DNA of 64,000 nucleotides from Candidatus Paceibacter sp. (GCA_020724865.1 DYGA01000003.1:63901-127900); one strand, 5' to 3'. Shown: positions 1-8,813, counted from the stretch's first letter. The notes: generated from the sequence alone by a model not told the origin. Numbers and translations are program-made.

Positions 1-210
1 GCCGAGTTGAGTGCATTGATTGAATATTTTAAAACCGATGAGTATATAGAAACCGAAGCAAGAACCAAACTTGGCTATAAAAAACCAGGCGAAACTGTGG
101 TGGTAGTTGCTACTAATACTGATAATATAAATAATACCGCTAAAAATACTTCTGCAGAAAATTTGCCTAAAACTAATTGGCAGTTGTGGGTGGATTATTT
201 TTTTAATTAA
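1..210 (+). CDS. Septum formation initiator FtsB/DivIC-family protein, C-terminal fragment (5' end lies outside the window)
   Basis: Open frame runs from nt 1. The motif ETEARTKLGYKKPGETVVVV matches the conserved C-terminal motif of the FtsB/DivIC/FtsL family (ARxxLGxxxPGExV). Confidence 0.5.
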   Translation, partial: AELSALIEYFKTDEYIETEARTKLGYKKPGETVVVVATNTDNINNTAKNTSAENLPKTNWQLWVDYFFN

Positions 211-227
211 TAAATATAAATAAATTT

Positions 228-1508
228 ATGCCAGATTTAAAAGAGAGTGAACCAAAAGAAAAAATTGATTCAGTAAATCCAAAGTATGCTGAAATTAGGG
301 AATCAGTATTAGCAGCTATTGAAGCTGATACTAAGCAGAAAGATAACGATACAAAAAAATCGATAATATCGGATGATAAAAAAGATTTTCTCCCAGATAA
401 AAAAATTGTAAACAAAAAAATTTCTAAATCAAAGCCAAAAATTAAAACTATGGAGAAAACTAATACTATCAGCAAAACCGAAGATCAATTTGAGTTTAAA
501 AATAATAAAAATAAAACCGAGTCAATAACTGGAATTGATTCTGAAAACAATCAAAAAATTAACAATGTTCAAGACTTAGTTAAAGATAAAAAGGCTAAGA
601 AAAAAGTTTTAAAAGTATTAGTGTCTAGTATATTTTTTACAATTTTAATTTTATTTTTGCTGTTGGTGGGGGGAATTTATATTTTTAAATGGGATCAGAC
701 CGCTATTCGAAAAATTGTAAATATTTTACCTTTGCCGGTTGGTTTTTATGATTATAAGCCTATTAGTTTAAAAAGTTATTGGGATGATATAGATACTTTA
801 CAATATTTTTATACTAATCAGGTTGCTCAAGGGAATTATAAAGAAGTGCCACCCGAAAGTGAACTTAAAAATATTGTTTGGGATAGATTGTTGAATATGA
901 AAATTATAGAGGATTTAGCCAAAAAATATGATGTCTCAGTTACCCCCGAAGAAATTAATATGGAGGTTGATTCAATAGTAAACGAAGCCGGCAGTAGGGA
1001 AGCTCTAGCTGATAATTTATATGAATTTTATCATTGGGATATTCAAACATTTAAAACCAGAGTAATTGGACCATATATTTTGGAGGATAAAGTGCGTAAT
1101 AAAATATCCAGCGATCCAACTTATGATCAAGCGGCTCAAACCGAAGCTCAACAAATTTTAACTGAAGTCAAACAGGCGCCAGAAAAATTTGCTGAAATTG
1201 CCGCGCGGGTTAGTGATGATCCTGGTTCGGCCAGCAGGGGAGGAGATTTAGGCTACTTCAATCAGGGAGTTATGGTTCCAGAATTCGAACAAGCAGCTTT
1301 CAATTTACAAGTAGGGGAAATTAGTGATTTAGTCAAAACCCAGTTTGGTTATCATATTATAAAAGTTGACGATCGGATTGTTTCTTCAACCAATGATAAA
1401 GAGGTACAAATTAAAGCCAGTCATATTTTGATTGCCCCGATGTCGTTTGCTGAAATTTTAGAAAAATATAAGCAAGATAAAAAGATAATTCGATTATTGG
1501 ATAAATAA
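228..1508 (+). CDS. Membrane-anchored PpiC/parvulin-type peptidyl-prolyl isomerase (PrsA/SurA-like foldase), with Lys-rich N-terminus and one TM helix
   Basis: Parvulin signature SDDPGSASRGGDLGYFNQGVMVPEFEQAAF...TQFGYHIIKV. A TM segment lies near aa 130-150. The SHILIA strand sits after the GYHII motif instead of before it (see findings). Confidence 0.8.
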   Translation: MPDLKESEPKEKIDSVNPKYAEIRESVLAAIEADTKQKDNDTKKSIISDDKKDFLPDKKIVNKKISKSKPKIKTMEKTNTISKTEDQFEFKNNKNKTESITGIDSENNQKINNVQDLVKDKKAKKKVLKVLVSSIFFTILILFLLLVGGIYIFKWDQTAIRKIVNILPLPVGFYDYKPISLKSYWDDIDTLQYFYTNQVAQGNYKEVPPESELKNIVWDRLLNMKIIEDLAKKYDVSVTPEEINMEVDSIVNEAGSREALADNLYEFYHWDIQTFKTRVIGPYILEDKVRNKISSDPTYDQAAQTEAQQILTEVKQAPEKFAEIAARVSDDPGSASRGGDLGYFNQGVMVPEFEQAAFNLQVGEISDLVKTQFGYHIIKVDDRIVSSTNDKEVQIKASHILIAPMSFAEILEKYKQDKKIIRLLDK

Positions 1509-1559
1509 AATCGCTCTAAATTCTACATAGCGATTAAAAGATCTTTATAATAAATTTTT

Positions 1560-1635
1560 TGGAGCCGAAGGTGGGATTTGAACCCACAACCTACGGTTTA
1601 CGATACCGTTGCTCTGCCAGTTGAGCTACTTCGGC
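1560..1635 (-). tRNA. tRNA-Thr (anticodon CGU)
   Basis: Reverse complement folds as a cloverleaf: acceptor GCCGAAG/CTTCGGC, D stem GCTC/GAGC, anticodon stem ACGGT/ACCGT with loop ATCGTAA, T arm GTGGG-TTCAAAT-CCCAC, encoded CCA. Length 76 nt. Confidence 0.8.
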
Positions 1636-1678
1636 TGACAATAATAATTTGACGCTACTGGAATTTTCTGAATTAAAT

Positions 1679-1752
1679 TGGAGCGAGCGAGGAGAATCGA
1701 ACTCCCGCTACTAGCTTGGGAAGCTAGGGTACTACCACTATACTACGCTCGC
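1679..1752 (-). tRNA. tRNA-Gly (anticodon CCC)
   Basis: Reverse complement: acceptor GCGAGCG/CGCTCGC, anticodon stem CTAGC/GCTAG with loop TTCCCAA, T arm GGGAG-TTCGATT-CTCCT, encoded CCA. Length 74 nt. Confidence 0.8.
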
Positions 1753-1795
1753 AATAAATTATTACCTAAAAGTAGTATAATTTAAAAAAAAATTC

Positions 1796-2917
1796 ATGCC
1801 AAGCAAAAAACAGATTACACCCTTATTTTTAACAATTTTTTTAATGCTATTTTTTGGGCGTATAAATAATGTTAACGCTAATATTTTAAGCTTTGTTGAC
1901 ACATCTAAAACTGAACAACTCGTAAGTTTAGGTGAAAATCAAGCCAGTTTACATTTTTTTGCAGGTTCTTTATCCCAACCTTCACGGGTAGCTTTTTGGA
2001 TTGATCAAACAATACTAACAACTGAAAAACAGCTGAGCCCAATTTATGCTTGGCAAATATTAGATGCAGATATTGTTGATAAAGTATTTTTAGAAATACC
2101 TTTTGATTTTGTGGTTAATGATTGGCAAGTCGTTTATTCCCCCGATGGGGAAAATTTTTTACCAACTACTTATGAAATAAATAAACAATCAGTAATTATT
2201 CCTTTACCTGCTAAAAATGGAAAAATTTATATAACTTCCTTGGTTTTGTCTGAAGTGAAGATTAATTTAGATAATGCTACCGTCAAAAAAGGTTATCCGG
2301 TAAAAACTCCTGACGGTTTTTTTAATTTTTATATTTTACCAGATGCTCTGCAACAATCTGCTGAAATTACCATCAAACCTTTAAATTTGGCTGGTTTTAA
2401 TATAAATCCAGGTTTGAAGCTTATTTCGCCAATTTATTATTTTTATATAGATGCTGCTGATGGTGAATTTCCTCAAAAAGATTTACCAATTGATATAAAA
2501 TATTTTGGAGATAATGTGAATGTTAAAGATATTTATTATTGGGATAATATTAATATGACGTGGCTACCATCACCATCAATTACTCGCTATAATGAAGGAG
2601 TGGTTAGAACTCTAACTCATCAGCGGGAAATGATTTTAGCTGTTTTTTCTAAAGAAATAATGGAAAAGGGTATAGCTAGTTGGTATCGTTATAAAGGTGG
2701 TGATTTTGCAGCTTCGCCTGATTATGCTAAAGGTACAAAATTAAAAGTTACGAATTTGGCCAATCACAAGTCAGTTATTGTGGCGGTTAATGATTATGGC
2801 CCAGACCGTAGTGTTCATCCGGAAAGAATTATTGATTTAGATCGAGTAGCTTTTGCTAAAATAGCTGATCCTAGCGCTGGGGTAATTGTAGTATCAGTGG
2901 AAGAAAATTATTATTAA
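1796..2917 (+). CDS. Secreted RlpA-like lytic transglycosylase family protein (C-terminal double-psi beta-barrel domain)
   Basis: N-terminal signal/TM. C-terminus ASWYRYKGG...TKLKVTNLANHKSVIVAVNDYGPD...RIIDLDRVAF matches the RlpA DPBB consensus (SWYG...T.V.V.NDRGP...R.IDLS..AF). A TATAAT box lies ~15 nt upstream of the ATG. Confidence 0.7.
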   Translation: MPSKKQITPLFLTIFLMLFFGRINNVNANILSFVDTSKTEQLVSLGENQASLHFFAGSLSQPSRVAFWIDQTILTTEKQLSPIYAWQILDADIVDKVFLEIPFDFVVNDWQVVYSPDGENFLPTTYEINKQSVIIPLPAKNGKIYITSLVLSEVKINLDNATVKKGYPVKTPDGFFNFYILPDALQQSAEITIKPLNLAGFNINPGLKLISPIYYFYIDAADGEFPQKDLPIDIKYFGDNVNVKDIYYWDNINMTWLPSPSITRYNEGVVRTLTHQREMILAVFSKEIMEKGIASWYRYKGGDFAASPDYAKGTKLKVTNLANHKSVIVAVNDYGPDRSVHPERIIDLDRVAFAKIADPSAGVIVVSVEENYY

Positions 2918-2920
2918 TTT

Positions 2921-3601
2921 ATGATTGAATTTAAAAATATTACCAAAAAATATCCGCCCGATGTTTTTGCTTTACGTGATGTTAGTTTTAAAATTGCTGC
3001 CAAGGAATTTGTATCGATTGTTGGTCAATCCGGCACAGGTAAAACTACTTTGGTTAAATTGATAATTGCTGAGGAAAAGCCAACCAAAGGTAAAATTTTG
3101 ATTGGTGATTGGGATATTACCAACATCAAACCTTATGAATTACCAATACTGAGGCGGCAAATAGGGGTAGTTTGGCAGGATTTTAAACTTTTGCCAAAAA
3201 AGACAGTTTTTGAAAATGTTAGTTTTGCTTTAGAAGTTTGTGGTGAAACACCAGAGCGGATTAATCGGGTTGTGCCTCAGGTTTTACGGGTAGTGGGTTT
3301 AGCTGATAAACACTACAGATTTCCTTATCAGCTTTCTGGCGGCGAACAGCAAAGAGTGGTGATTGCTAGAGCCTTAGTTCATAAACCAAAGATTTTGATA
3401 GCGGATGAGCCAACTGGAAATTTAGACGCCATTAACACTCAAGGGATTATAGAAATTTTGAAAAAAATAAACGAACTTGGCACTACAGTTATTTTGGTCA
3501 CTCATGATCGGGAAATCGTAAACGGTTTGAAAAAGAGAGTTATCACTTTTGATGCTGGCACAGTTGTATCTGATCAAATTGAAGGTAAATATATGTTATA
3601 A
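2921..3601 (+). CDS. ftsE: Cell division ABC transporter ATP-binding protein FtsE
   Basis: Walker A GQSGTGKTT, ABC signature LSGGEQQRV, Walker B ILIADEPTGNLD. Size (226 aa) and position directly upstream of ftsX fit FtsE. Confidence 0.9.
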   Translation: MIEFKNITKKYPPDVFALRDVSFKIAAKEFVSIVGQSGTGKTTLVKLIIAEEKPTKGKILIGDWDITNIKPYELPILRRQIGVVWQDFKLLPKKTVFENVSFALEVCGETPERINRVVPQVLRVVGLADKHYRFPYQLSGGEQQRVVIARALVHKPKILIADEPTGNLDAINTQGIIEILKKINELGTTVILVTHDREIVNGLKKRVITFDAGTVVSDQIEGKYML

Positions 3602-3672
3602 GTTAGGATATAAGACTTAGGTTTTAGATAGTTTTCTAAATCCTAAATCTTAAATCCTAAATCTTAAACGAA

Positions 3673-4590
3673 ATGTTTTTAGTTTCAGTTTATCGGGTTA
3701 TAAAATTTGCTTTAGTAAATTTTTGGCGCAATATTTGGCTGGCAATAGTAACTACCACAATAATGTCTATGTCATTGTTTGTGGTGATGGTGTTGTTGGG
3801 TTTGAATTTAGTTATTAATCAAGCTATAAATTCTTTACATGAGCAAGTAGATGTATCGGTTTATTTTAAATCTGAAATTACCCCGGAAGTAGTCCAGGAG
3901 TTTCAAACTAATTTACAGCAAATTCCTGGCGTCAAAGAAGTAGTTTATATTTCTAAAGATTCAGCCTTGGATAATTTTCGTGCCAAATTTGCTGATAACC
4001 CAGTTATACTTGAATCACTGGATGAATTGGCTGAAAATCCTTTGGGTGACACTTTGATTATTCAAGCTCAATCAATTAATGATTATGATTTGGTTTTACA
4101 AGTTTTGAACAGTGAAGAATTGTCTCCATTTATCCAAGAAAAGAATTTTCAGGACTATAATAATATAATAAATAAAATATCCGAAATCAGCGCTACCATC
4201 AACAAAATTGGTTTATTTTTAAGTATTTTATTTCTCTTGATTGCCGTTTTAGTCACTTTCAATACCATTAGAATTGCTATTTATACTTATCGTAACGAAT
4301 TGGGAATTATGCGTTTAGTAGGTGCCAGTAAAGCTTTTATTGAATGGCCATTTTTTGTTGAAGGAATAATTTATGCTTTAGTTTCGGTGTTAGTCACCAC
4401 AGTAGCCATTTATCCTATAGCTGGTGCTGCACAACCATTTTTGGATAAGTTTTTCGGTTCCAGCACTTTGAATTTAGTAAACTATTTTAATACCAATTTT
4501 TTCAAAATAGTTAGCTTACAATTATTGGGAGCCAGTTTTATAAGCATATTTAGCTCTTGGTTGGCTGTTAGGCGCTATATTAAGAATTAA
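3673..4590 (+). CDS. ftsX: Cell division permease FtsX
   Basis: Four-TM topology with a large first extracytoplasmic loop and FtsX-like C-terminal TM bundle, immediately downstream of ftsE. Confidence 0.85.
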   Translation: MFLVSVYRVIKFALVNFWRNIWLAIVTTTIMSMSLFVVMVLLGLNLVINQAINSLHEQVDVSVYFKSEITPEVVQEFQTNLQQIPGVKEVVYISKDSALDNFRAKFADNPVILESLDELAENPLGDTLIIQAQSINDYDLVLQVLNSEELSPFIQEKNFQDYNNIINKISEISATINKIGLFLSILFLLIAVLVTFNTIRIAIYTYRNELGIMRLVGASKAFIEWPFFVEGIIYALVSVLVTTVAIYPIAGAAQPFLDKFFGSSTLNLVNYFNTNFFKIVSLQLLGASFISIFSSWLAVRRYIKN

Positions 4591-4596
4591 ATTATT

Positions 4597-5235
4597 ATGT
4601 TTACAGTCGTTATCCCTGTTTATAATGAAGAGAAGACTATTGTTAATCTTGTGCACTCTATTTTAAATTTCCCCGGTCTTGACCGACTGATTGTTGTTGA
4701 CGATGCTTCCACTGACAAAACTTATGAACTGATAAAAAATTTACCTATTACTATCATTCGTCATAATAAAAATTTGGGTAAAGATCAGTCAGTATTATCT
4801 GGAGTGAAGGCTGCCGTTACAGATTGTATTATATTGGTTGATGGCGATTTGGTCGGCTTAAATGCCGATCATATAAAATTATTGACGGATTATAGTGAAA
4901 ATTATCGTATGGTACTTGGGATTTTACGTTCCAATAGATGGTGGGGGTGGTTGTTTTTCTTGAATCGCTATTTTTTTACCTACACCGGTCTTAGATTGGT
5001 TAGACGAGAAGATATTTTGGCAATTCCGATTGGTTCATTAAGTAAATTTCGTTTAGAATCAATCTTGTCTTATATTGCTAGACAATCAAATTGGACAGTA
5101 AAGCGGGTTGTTTTAACTGGGATAAAACATGTAATCAAAGAAAAAAAATTTGGTTGGCGGGTGGGAATAATCAGACGTTGGCAGATGATATACGATATTG
5201 CATCTTTTTATGGAAAAAAATATTTCCGTATCTAA
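4597..5235 (+). CDS. Family 2 glycosyltransferase (GT-A fold, polyprenol-phosphate sugar transferase-like)
   Basis: N-terminus VVIPVYNEEKTI...LIVVDDASTDKT is a GT2 signature. The DGD motif is present. Confidence 0.65.
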   Translation: MFTVVIPVYNEEKTIVNLVHSILNFPGLDRLIVVDDASTDKTYELIKNLPITIIRHNKNLGKDQSVLSGVKAAVTDCIILVDGDLVGLNADHIKLLTDYSENYRMVLGILRSNRWWGWLFFLNRYFFTYTGLRLVRREDILAIPIGSLSKFRLESILSYIARQSNWTVKRVVLTGIKHVIKEKKFGWRVGIIRRWQMIYDIASFYGKKYFRI

Positions 5236-5758
5236 AATTGCTTTGGCTCTAAGTGGGGGGTTTTTGCGAGCAATCGCTAGCATCGGTGTTTTACAGGAAT
5301 TTAATCAACATAATATAAAGTTGGCAGCTCTGTCTGGTTCTTCTTCTGGTGCTTTGGTTGCGGCTGCTTATGCAACTGGTAAATTGGGAAAACTAACGGA
5401 AATAATTTTAGCCTTGAAAAACCCAAGTGATATTTTTGTTATTCGACCAGATAGAGAAGCAATATTTTCTAATGATAAAATAATTTCTTTACTATATGAT
5501 TTATTTGCAGATTTTGATTTCGCTGATTTAGATTTAAAACTTTTTATTCAAACCTGTGATTTAACGGAAAAAAAAGAAATTTATATTCAATCCGGTTTAA
5601 TAAGAGAAGCAGTTCAGGCGGCCATGGTGATTCCGGGTGTTTTTGTCCCTTTGAAAAAAAATAATAAAATTTTAATAGATGGTGCTCTTTATGAACTTTT
5701 ACCAGTCAGTATTTTACGTCAACAGGGTTATAAACTTATACAAGATAGGCCGATATGA
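5210..5758 (+). CDS. Patatin-like phospholipase, short form; probably frameshifted, with the C-terminus continuing in the +1 frame to nt 5858
   Basis: GGxRG-like LSGGFLRAI, the nucleophile elbow GSSSG and the DGA catalytic dyad motif are present. The frame stops early at 5758, while the +1 frame encodes a patatin-like C-terminal stretch (see findings). Confidence 0.6.
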   Translation: MEKNISVSKIALALSGGFLRAIASIGVLQEFNQHNIKLAALSGSSSGALVAAAYATGKLGKLTEIILALKNPSDIFVIRPDREAIFSNDKIISLLYDLFADFDFADLDLKLFIQTCDLTEKKEIYIQSGLIREAVQAAMVIPGVFVPLKKNNKILIDGALYELLPVSILRQQGYKLIQDRPI

Positions 5759-5854
5759 TTTTAGTAAGTTGCCACAGATAATTGAAACCGGTCGGCGCGC
5801 AGCCAGAGATGCTATGCCATTTATAAAAAAGATAATTAAAAACAGTCAGAAAGG

Positions 5855-5884
5855 TTGACCAAAATACTTTTTTTTATTACACTA
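5855..5884 (+). promoter_or_regulatory. Candidate sigma70-type promoter for tRNA-Gln (TTGACC, 18-nt spacer, TACACT)
   Basis: TTGACC at 5855-5860 with a -10-like TACACT at 5879-5884, about 65 nt upstream of the tRNA. Confidence 0.3.
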
Positions 5885-5953
5885 TTTTAGGTAAAGGACA
5901 ATAAATATCATTTATTCTTTATTGTAAATTCTAAGTTTTAGCCACTAGTTTAT

Positions 5954-6027
5954 TGGGGGATCGTCTAATGGTAGGACAGCGGCCTTTGGAGCCGTCAATC
6001 GTGGTTCGAGTCCACGTCCCCCAGCCA
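5954..6027 (+). tRNA. tRNA-Gln (anticodon UUG)
   Basis: Acceptor TGGGGGA/TCCCCCA (U1-A72 as in bacterial tRNA-Gln), anticodon stem GCGGC/GCCGT with loop CTTTGGA, T arm CGTGG-TTCGAGT-CCACG, discriminator G, encoded CCA. Length 74 nt. Confidence 0.8.
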
Positions 6028-6035
6028 CGATTTTT

Positions 6036-6062
6036 CACCAATGTTTATTGGTGTTTTTTATT
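6036..6062. terminator. Rho-independent terminator hairpin (caccaat-gttt-attggtg plus T-run), shared by tRNA-Gln and the convergent hydrolase gene
   Basis: 7-bp stem, 4-nt loop, followed by TTTTTTATTTT. Confidence 0.6.
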
Positions 6063-6882
6063 TTATAAATTTAAGTATTTCTTCTGCTACTTCATTGGAA
6101 TTATTTAAAACAACATTATGCAATCCGTCGGGGATTATTATCAGCTTAGAATTTGAAATCTTTTTATTTATATCTTGAGATATTTCCAAAGGAAATATAC
6201 TGTCTTTATTACCAACAATAATCAGAGTGGGAATGTTTATTTTTGCCAATTTATCTAAAATATTTAATTTTAATATTTCTAGAGAGGTTAATAGATAACT
6301 GCGCCAGGAATTGCGTAGTATCGTTCGTATTAGTCCAAAGATTTCGTAGTCTTTGTGTATTTTACCAGGAGGGTAAAAAGAATGACCGGGATATATTGGC
6401 GGCGGGCTAAACCAAGCAAAAAATATACTTAAATATTTGGCTAGCCTCAATAATATTGGGTTAGATAGATATTTTGGCGGGCGATAGGTACTAGAAATTA
6501 AAACTAATGAATTTAACCGGAAAGGAAATTTCAAGGCAAAGTGTTTGGCAACAACGGCACCATAGCAGTGTCCAATTAAGTTTATTTTTTCTATTTTTTC
6601 AGCTTGCATTATAGCCATAATATCATTTACTAAATTGTCAATTTGATATGCTGAACTAGTTAGGGGATGAGTAGAAAAACCATGACCACGTAAATCCATA
6701 GCTAAAACTGAGATATTATTTGCTAGTAATATTTTATTGACATATTGCCAGGCATCTAAGTCACCTCCAATCCCATGGAGTAAAAGTATTTGTGGTTTGC
6801 TAGCTTGATTAGTTAAATAAATTTCATAATATAAAAGTATGCCATCGGTAGTCGTAATATATTTTTTAACTGTTTTAAACAT
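6058..6882 (-). CDS. Alpha/beta-hydrolase fold protein
   Basis: HG oxyanion motif LLHGIGGD, nucleophile elbow IGHCYGAV (GxCxG, Cys at the nucleophile position) and a C-terminal DGLHN His motif. Confidence 0.65.
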   Translation of the reverse strand: MFKTVKKYITTTDGILLYYEIYLTNQASKPQILLLHGIGGDLDAWQYVNKILLANNISVLAMDLRGHGFSTHPLTSSAYQIDNLVNDIMAIMQAEKIEKINLIGHCYGAVVAKHFALKFPFRLNSLVLISSTYRPPKYLSNPILLRLAKYLSIFFAWFSPPPIYPGHSFYPPGKIHKDYEIFGLIRTILRNSWRSYLLTSLEILKLNILDKLAKINIPTLIIVGNKDSIFPLEISQDINKKISNSKLIIIPDGLHNVVLNNSNEVAEEILKFIK

Positions 6883-6963
6883 ACTATAAGCATAGCATAA
6901 ATAACAATTTATTTTTTTTAATTTATAATTTAATTTAGTAAAAAAGTATAGTATAATTATTAA

Positions 6964-7542
6964 ATGAGTGGTTTTGCTTTGGATTTATATAATTGGTGGA
7001 TTCAATATGGTTATTGGGTTATTTTTTTATTGATAATATTTGAAGGACCGATAACCACTGTTGTGGCTGGTTGGTTTGCATCGTTAGGTTTTATCCATTT
7101 AGGTTGGTTATTGATAATAGTTATTATAGCTGATTTATTGGGTGATTTAGTTTATTATTTTATTGGCAGATTTGGGCGTCAGCAAAATGTAATTCGTTGG
7201 ACAAAGTGGTTAGGATTTACCAAGGAAAGATTGTTGGAAATGGAAAAACATTTTTCCGATCATGCTGCCCGTACCTTTGCTATCGGTAAAATTACTCATG
7301 GTGTTGGCGGATTGGTTTTGTTAGCGGCGGGAATGGCTAAAGTTCCTGTGAATAAATTTTTAAAGTTAAATTTACTGCCGACGATTGTTAAATCTGCCTT
7401 TTTAATTTTTTTGGGTTATTATTTTGGTCGGGCTTATAATTTATTAGCTAGTTTTTTTGATTATTTAGCTCTGTTTTTTTTAATAGGCGTTATCATTTTA
7501 TATATAAGATATATTCGTAAAAATTCAAAAAAATTGTTGTAA
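6964..7542 (+). CDS. DedA/SNARE-associated family membrane protein
   Basis: 192-aa multi-TM protein with the DedA-like G...ADLLGDLVYYFIGRFG motif. A TATAAT box lies 6 nt upstream of the ATG. Confidence 0.7.
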   Translation: MSGFALDLYNWWIQYGYWVIFLLIIFEGPITTVVAGWFASLGFIHLGWLLIIVIIADLLGDLVYYFIGRFGRQQNVIRWTKWLGFTKERLLEMEKHFSDHAARTFAIGKITHGVGGLVLLAAGMAKVPVNKFLKLNLLPTIVKSAFLIFLGYYFGRAYNLLASFFDYLALFFLIGVIILYIRYIRKNSKKLL

Positions 7543-7547
7543 ATCAC

Positions 7548-8729
7548 ATGAAAATATTAATTGCCACTGATAATTATTATCCAAATGTTAACGGTGCCTC
7601 GTATTTTGCTCAAAGATTGGCTCGTGAATTGCAGGATCGTCATCATAAAGTTCTTGTGTTAGCGCCCGGACAGTCTATAAAAAGCGGTTATTTTACTCAT
7701 AAAGGGGTGAGGGTATTTGGCGTAAGATCTATTCCAATTATAAAAAAAATTCAGTTTCGGCAGGCAGTACCTTTTTCACAATTAACTATTTGGCCAATAT
7801 TAAAAGATTTTAAACCTGATATTATTCATGTGCAAGATCATTTTTCTTTGGGACATTCCGCTGCATATTTTGGTCGGTATAACAATATCCCCGTGATTGG
7901 AACTAATCATTTTATGCCAGAAAATTTAACTCATTATCTTCATGTCGGTTCCACAATAGAAAAAAAAGTAAATAGATTATTTTGGCAATATTTTTTGGCA
8001 ATTTACCAACGTTTAGATGCAGTTACCGTACCAACTCAAGCTGCGGCTGATTTATTGCGTAGTATTGGTTTTAGTAAGGAAATTAAAGTAATTTCCAACG
8101 GTATTGATTTGCACAAATTTAGCCCCAAAGAAGATGATTATGCTTTACGAAAAAAATACCATATCCCCAACGGAAAAATTTTATTGTATACCGGACGAAT
8201 TGATAAAGAAAAAAATTTGGATACAGTTATTAAAGCATTAGCTAAGTTACCGAGTGATTTTTCGATTCATTTTGTAGCAATTGGCCAGGGAATGTATCAA
8301 AACAATTTACAATTACTTATCAATAAATTAGGTGTGGCGGGAAAAGTTACCTTCACAGGCTTTGTGCCAGATGAGGATTTTCCTTATTTGTTGGCAACCG
8401 CTTATTGTTTTATTTCTCCAGGCATTGCTGAATTACAAAGTATTGCTACTATGGAAGCTATGGCCAATGCTTTGCCTATATTGGCAGCAAATGCCGTGGC
8501 TTTACCTGAGTTAGTGCACAATGATATTAATGGATTTTTGTTTGAGCCTTATGATGAAATTTCTTTGGCAAATTATATTAAAAAAATTTTTACAAATGAA
8601 CAATTACATGATCGATTGGCTGAAGGTAGTTTGCAAATTATTAAAACGCACGATATGCATCAAGTGATAACCCAATTTGAAAAATTATATGAATTCGTAA
8701 TACGGAAAAAAAATAAATTTAATCAATAA
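7548..8729 (+). CDS. Family 4 (GT-B) glycosyltransferase
   Basis: C-terminal EX7E-type motif AELQSIATMEAMANALPILAANAVALPELVHNDINGFLFEP, typical of GT4 retaining transferases. Confidence 0.8.
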   Translation: MKILIATDNYYPNVNGASYFAQRLARELQDRHHKVLVLAPGQSIKSGYFTHKGVRVFGVRSIPIIKKIQFRQAVPFSQLTIWPILKDFKPDIIHVQDHFSLGHSAAYFGRYNNIPVIGTNHFMPENLTHYLHVGSTIEKKVNRLFWQYFLAIYQRLDAVTVPTQAAADLLRSIGFSKEIKVISNGIDLHKFSPKEDDYALRKKYHIPNGKILLYTGRIDKEKNLDTVIKALAKLPSDFSIHFVAIGQGMYQNNLQLLINKLGVAGKVTFTGFVPDEDFPYLLATAYCFISPGIAELQSIATMEAMANALPILAANAVALPELVHNDINGFLFEPYDEISLANYIKKIFTNEQLHDRLAEGSLQIIKTHDMHQVITQFEKLYEFVIRKKNKFNQ

Positions 8730-8792
8730 AATTTTATTTCTGATTATTGGTTTTAATAAACTTAAATTTTTTTAAGATAATAAGGTTATAAC

Positions 8793-8813
8793 TCAAATAT
8801 TTAATATATTTGA
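8793..8813. promoter_or_regulatory. Perfect 21-bp palindrome (TCAAATAT-TTAAT-ATATTTGA) abutting a TTGACA hexamer, a candidate operator
   Basis: 8-bp inverted arms with a 5-bp spacer, directly followed by TTGACA at 8817-8822, upstream of the 8901 gene. Confidence 0.4.

Noticed and set aside
203-475. Minus-strand 90-aa ORF overlapping the start of the PpiC gene. The same pattern applies to many other short antisense or nested ORFs in the track, e.g. 8332-8514, 12240-12542, 13162-13377, 13515-13706, 14188-14379, 15227-15460, 19045-19233, 19942-20211, 20625-20807, 22659-22940, 27227-27586, 28083-28337, 30250-30498, 30710-30901, 31235-31450, 32377-32604, 32664-32846, 33179-33457, 35463-35645, 36869-37093, 37259-37453, 38376-38558, 41664-42093, 42904-43140, 43647-44033, 45784-46047, 48886-49227, 49992-50174, 52569-52751, 53389-53574, 54523-54774, 56440-56643, 59596-60018, 62403-62672.
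   Set aside because: All lie inside or antisense to long ORFs with recognisable conserved products. They have low-complexity or hydrophobic translations typical of shadow ORFs in AT-rich DNA, and no start-site signals.
5785-5815. GC-rich patch (accggtcggcgcgcagccagagatgc) in an apparent intergenic region. Considered as a fragment of SRP/4.5S RNA, which has a similar CAGCCA core, or another ncRNA.
   Set aside because: It lacks the GGAAGGAAG/GNRA elements and the helix of SRP RNA. It is better explained as conserved coding sequence of the frameshifted patatin C-terminus (IIETGRRAARDAMP).
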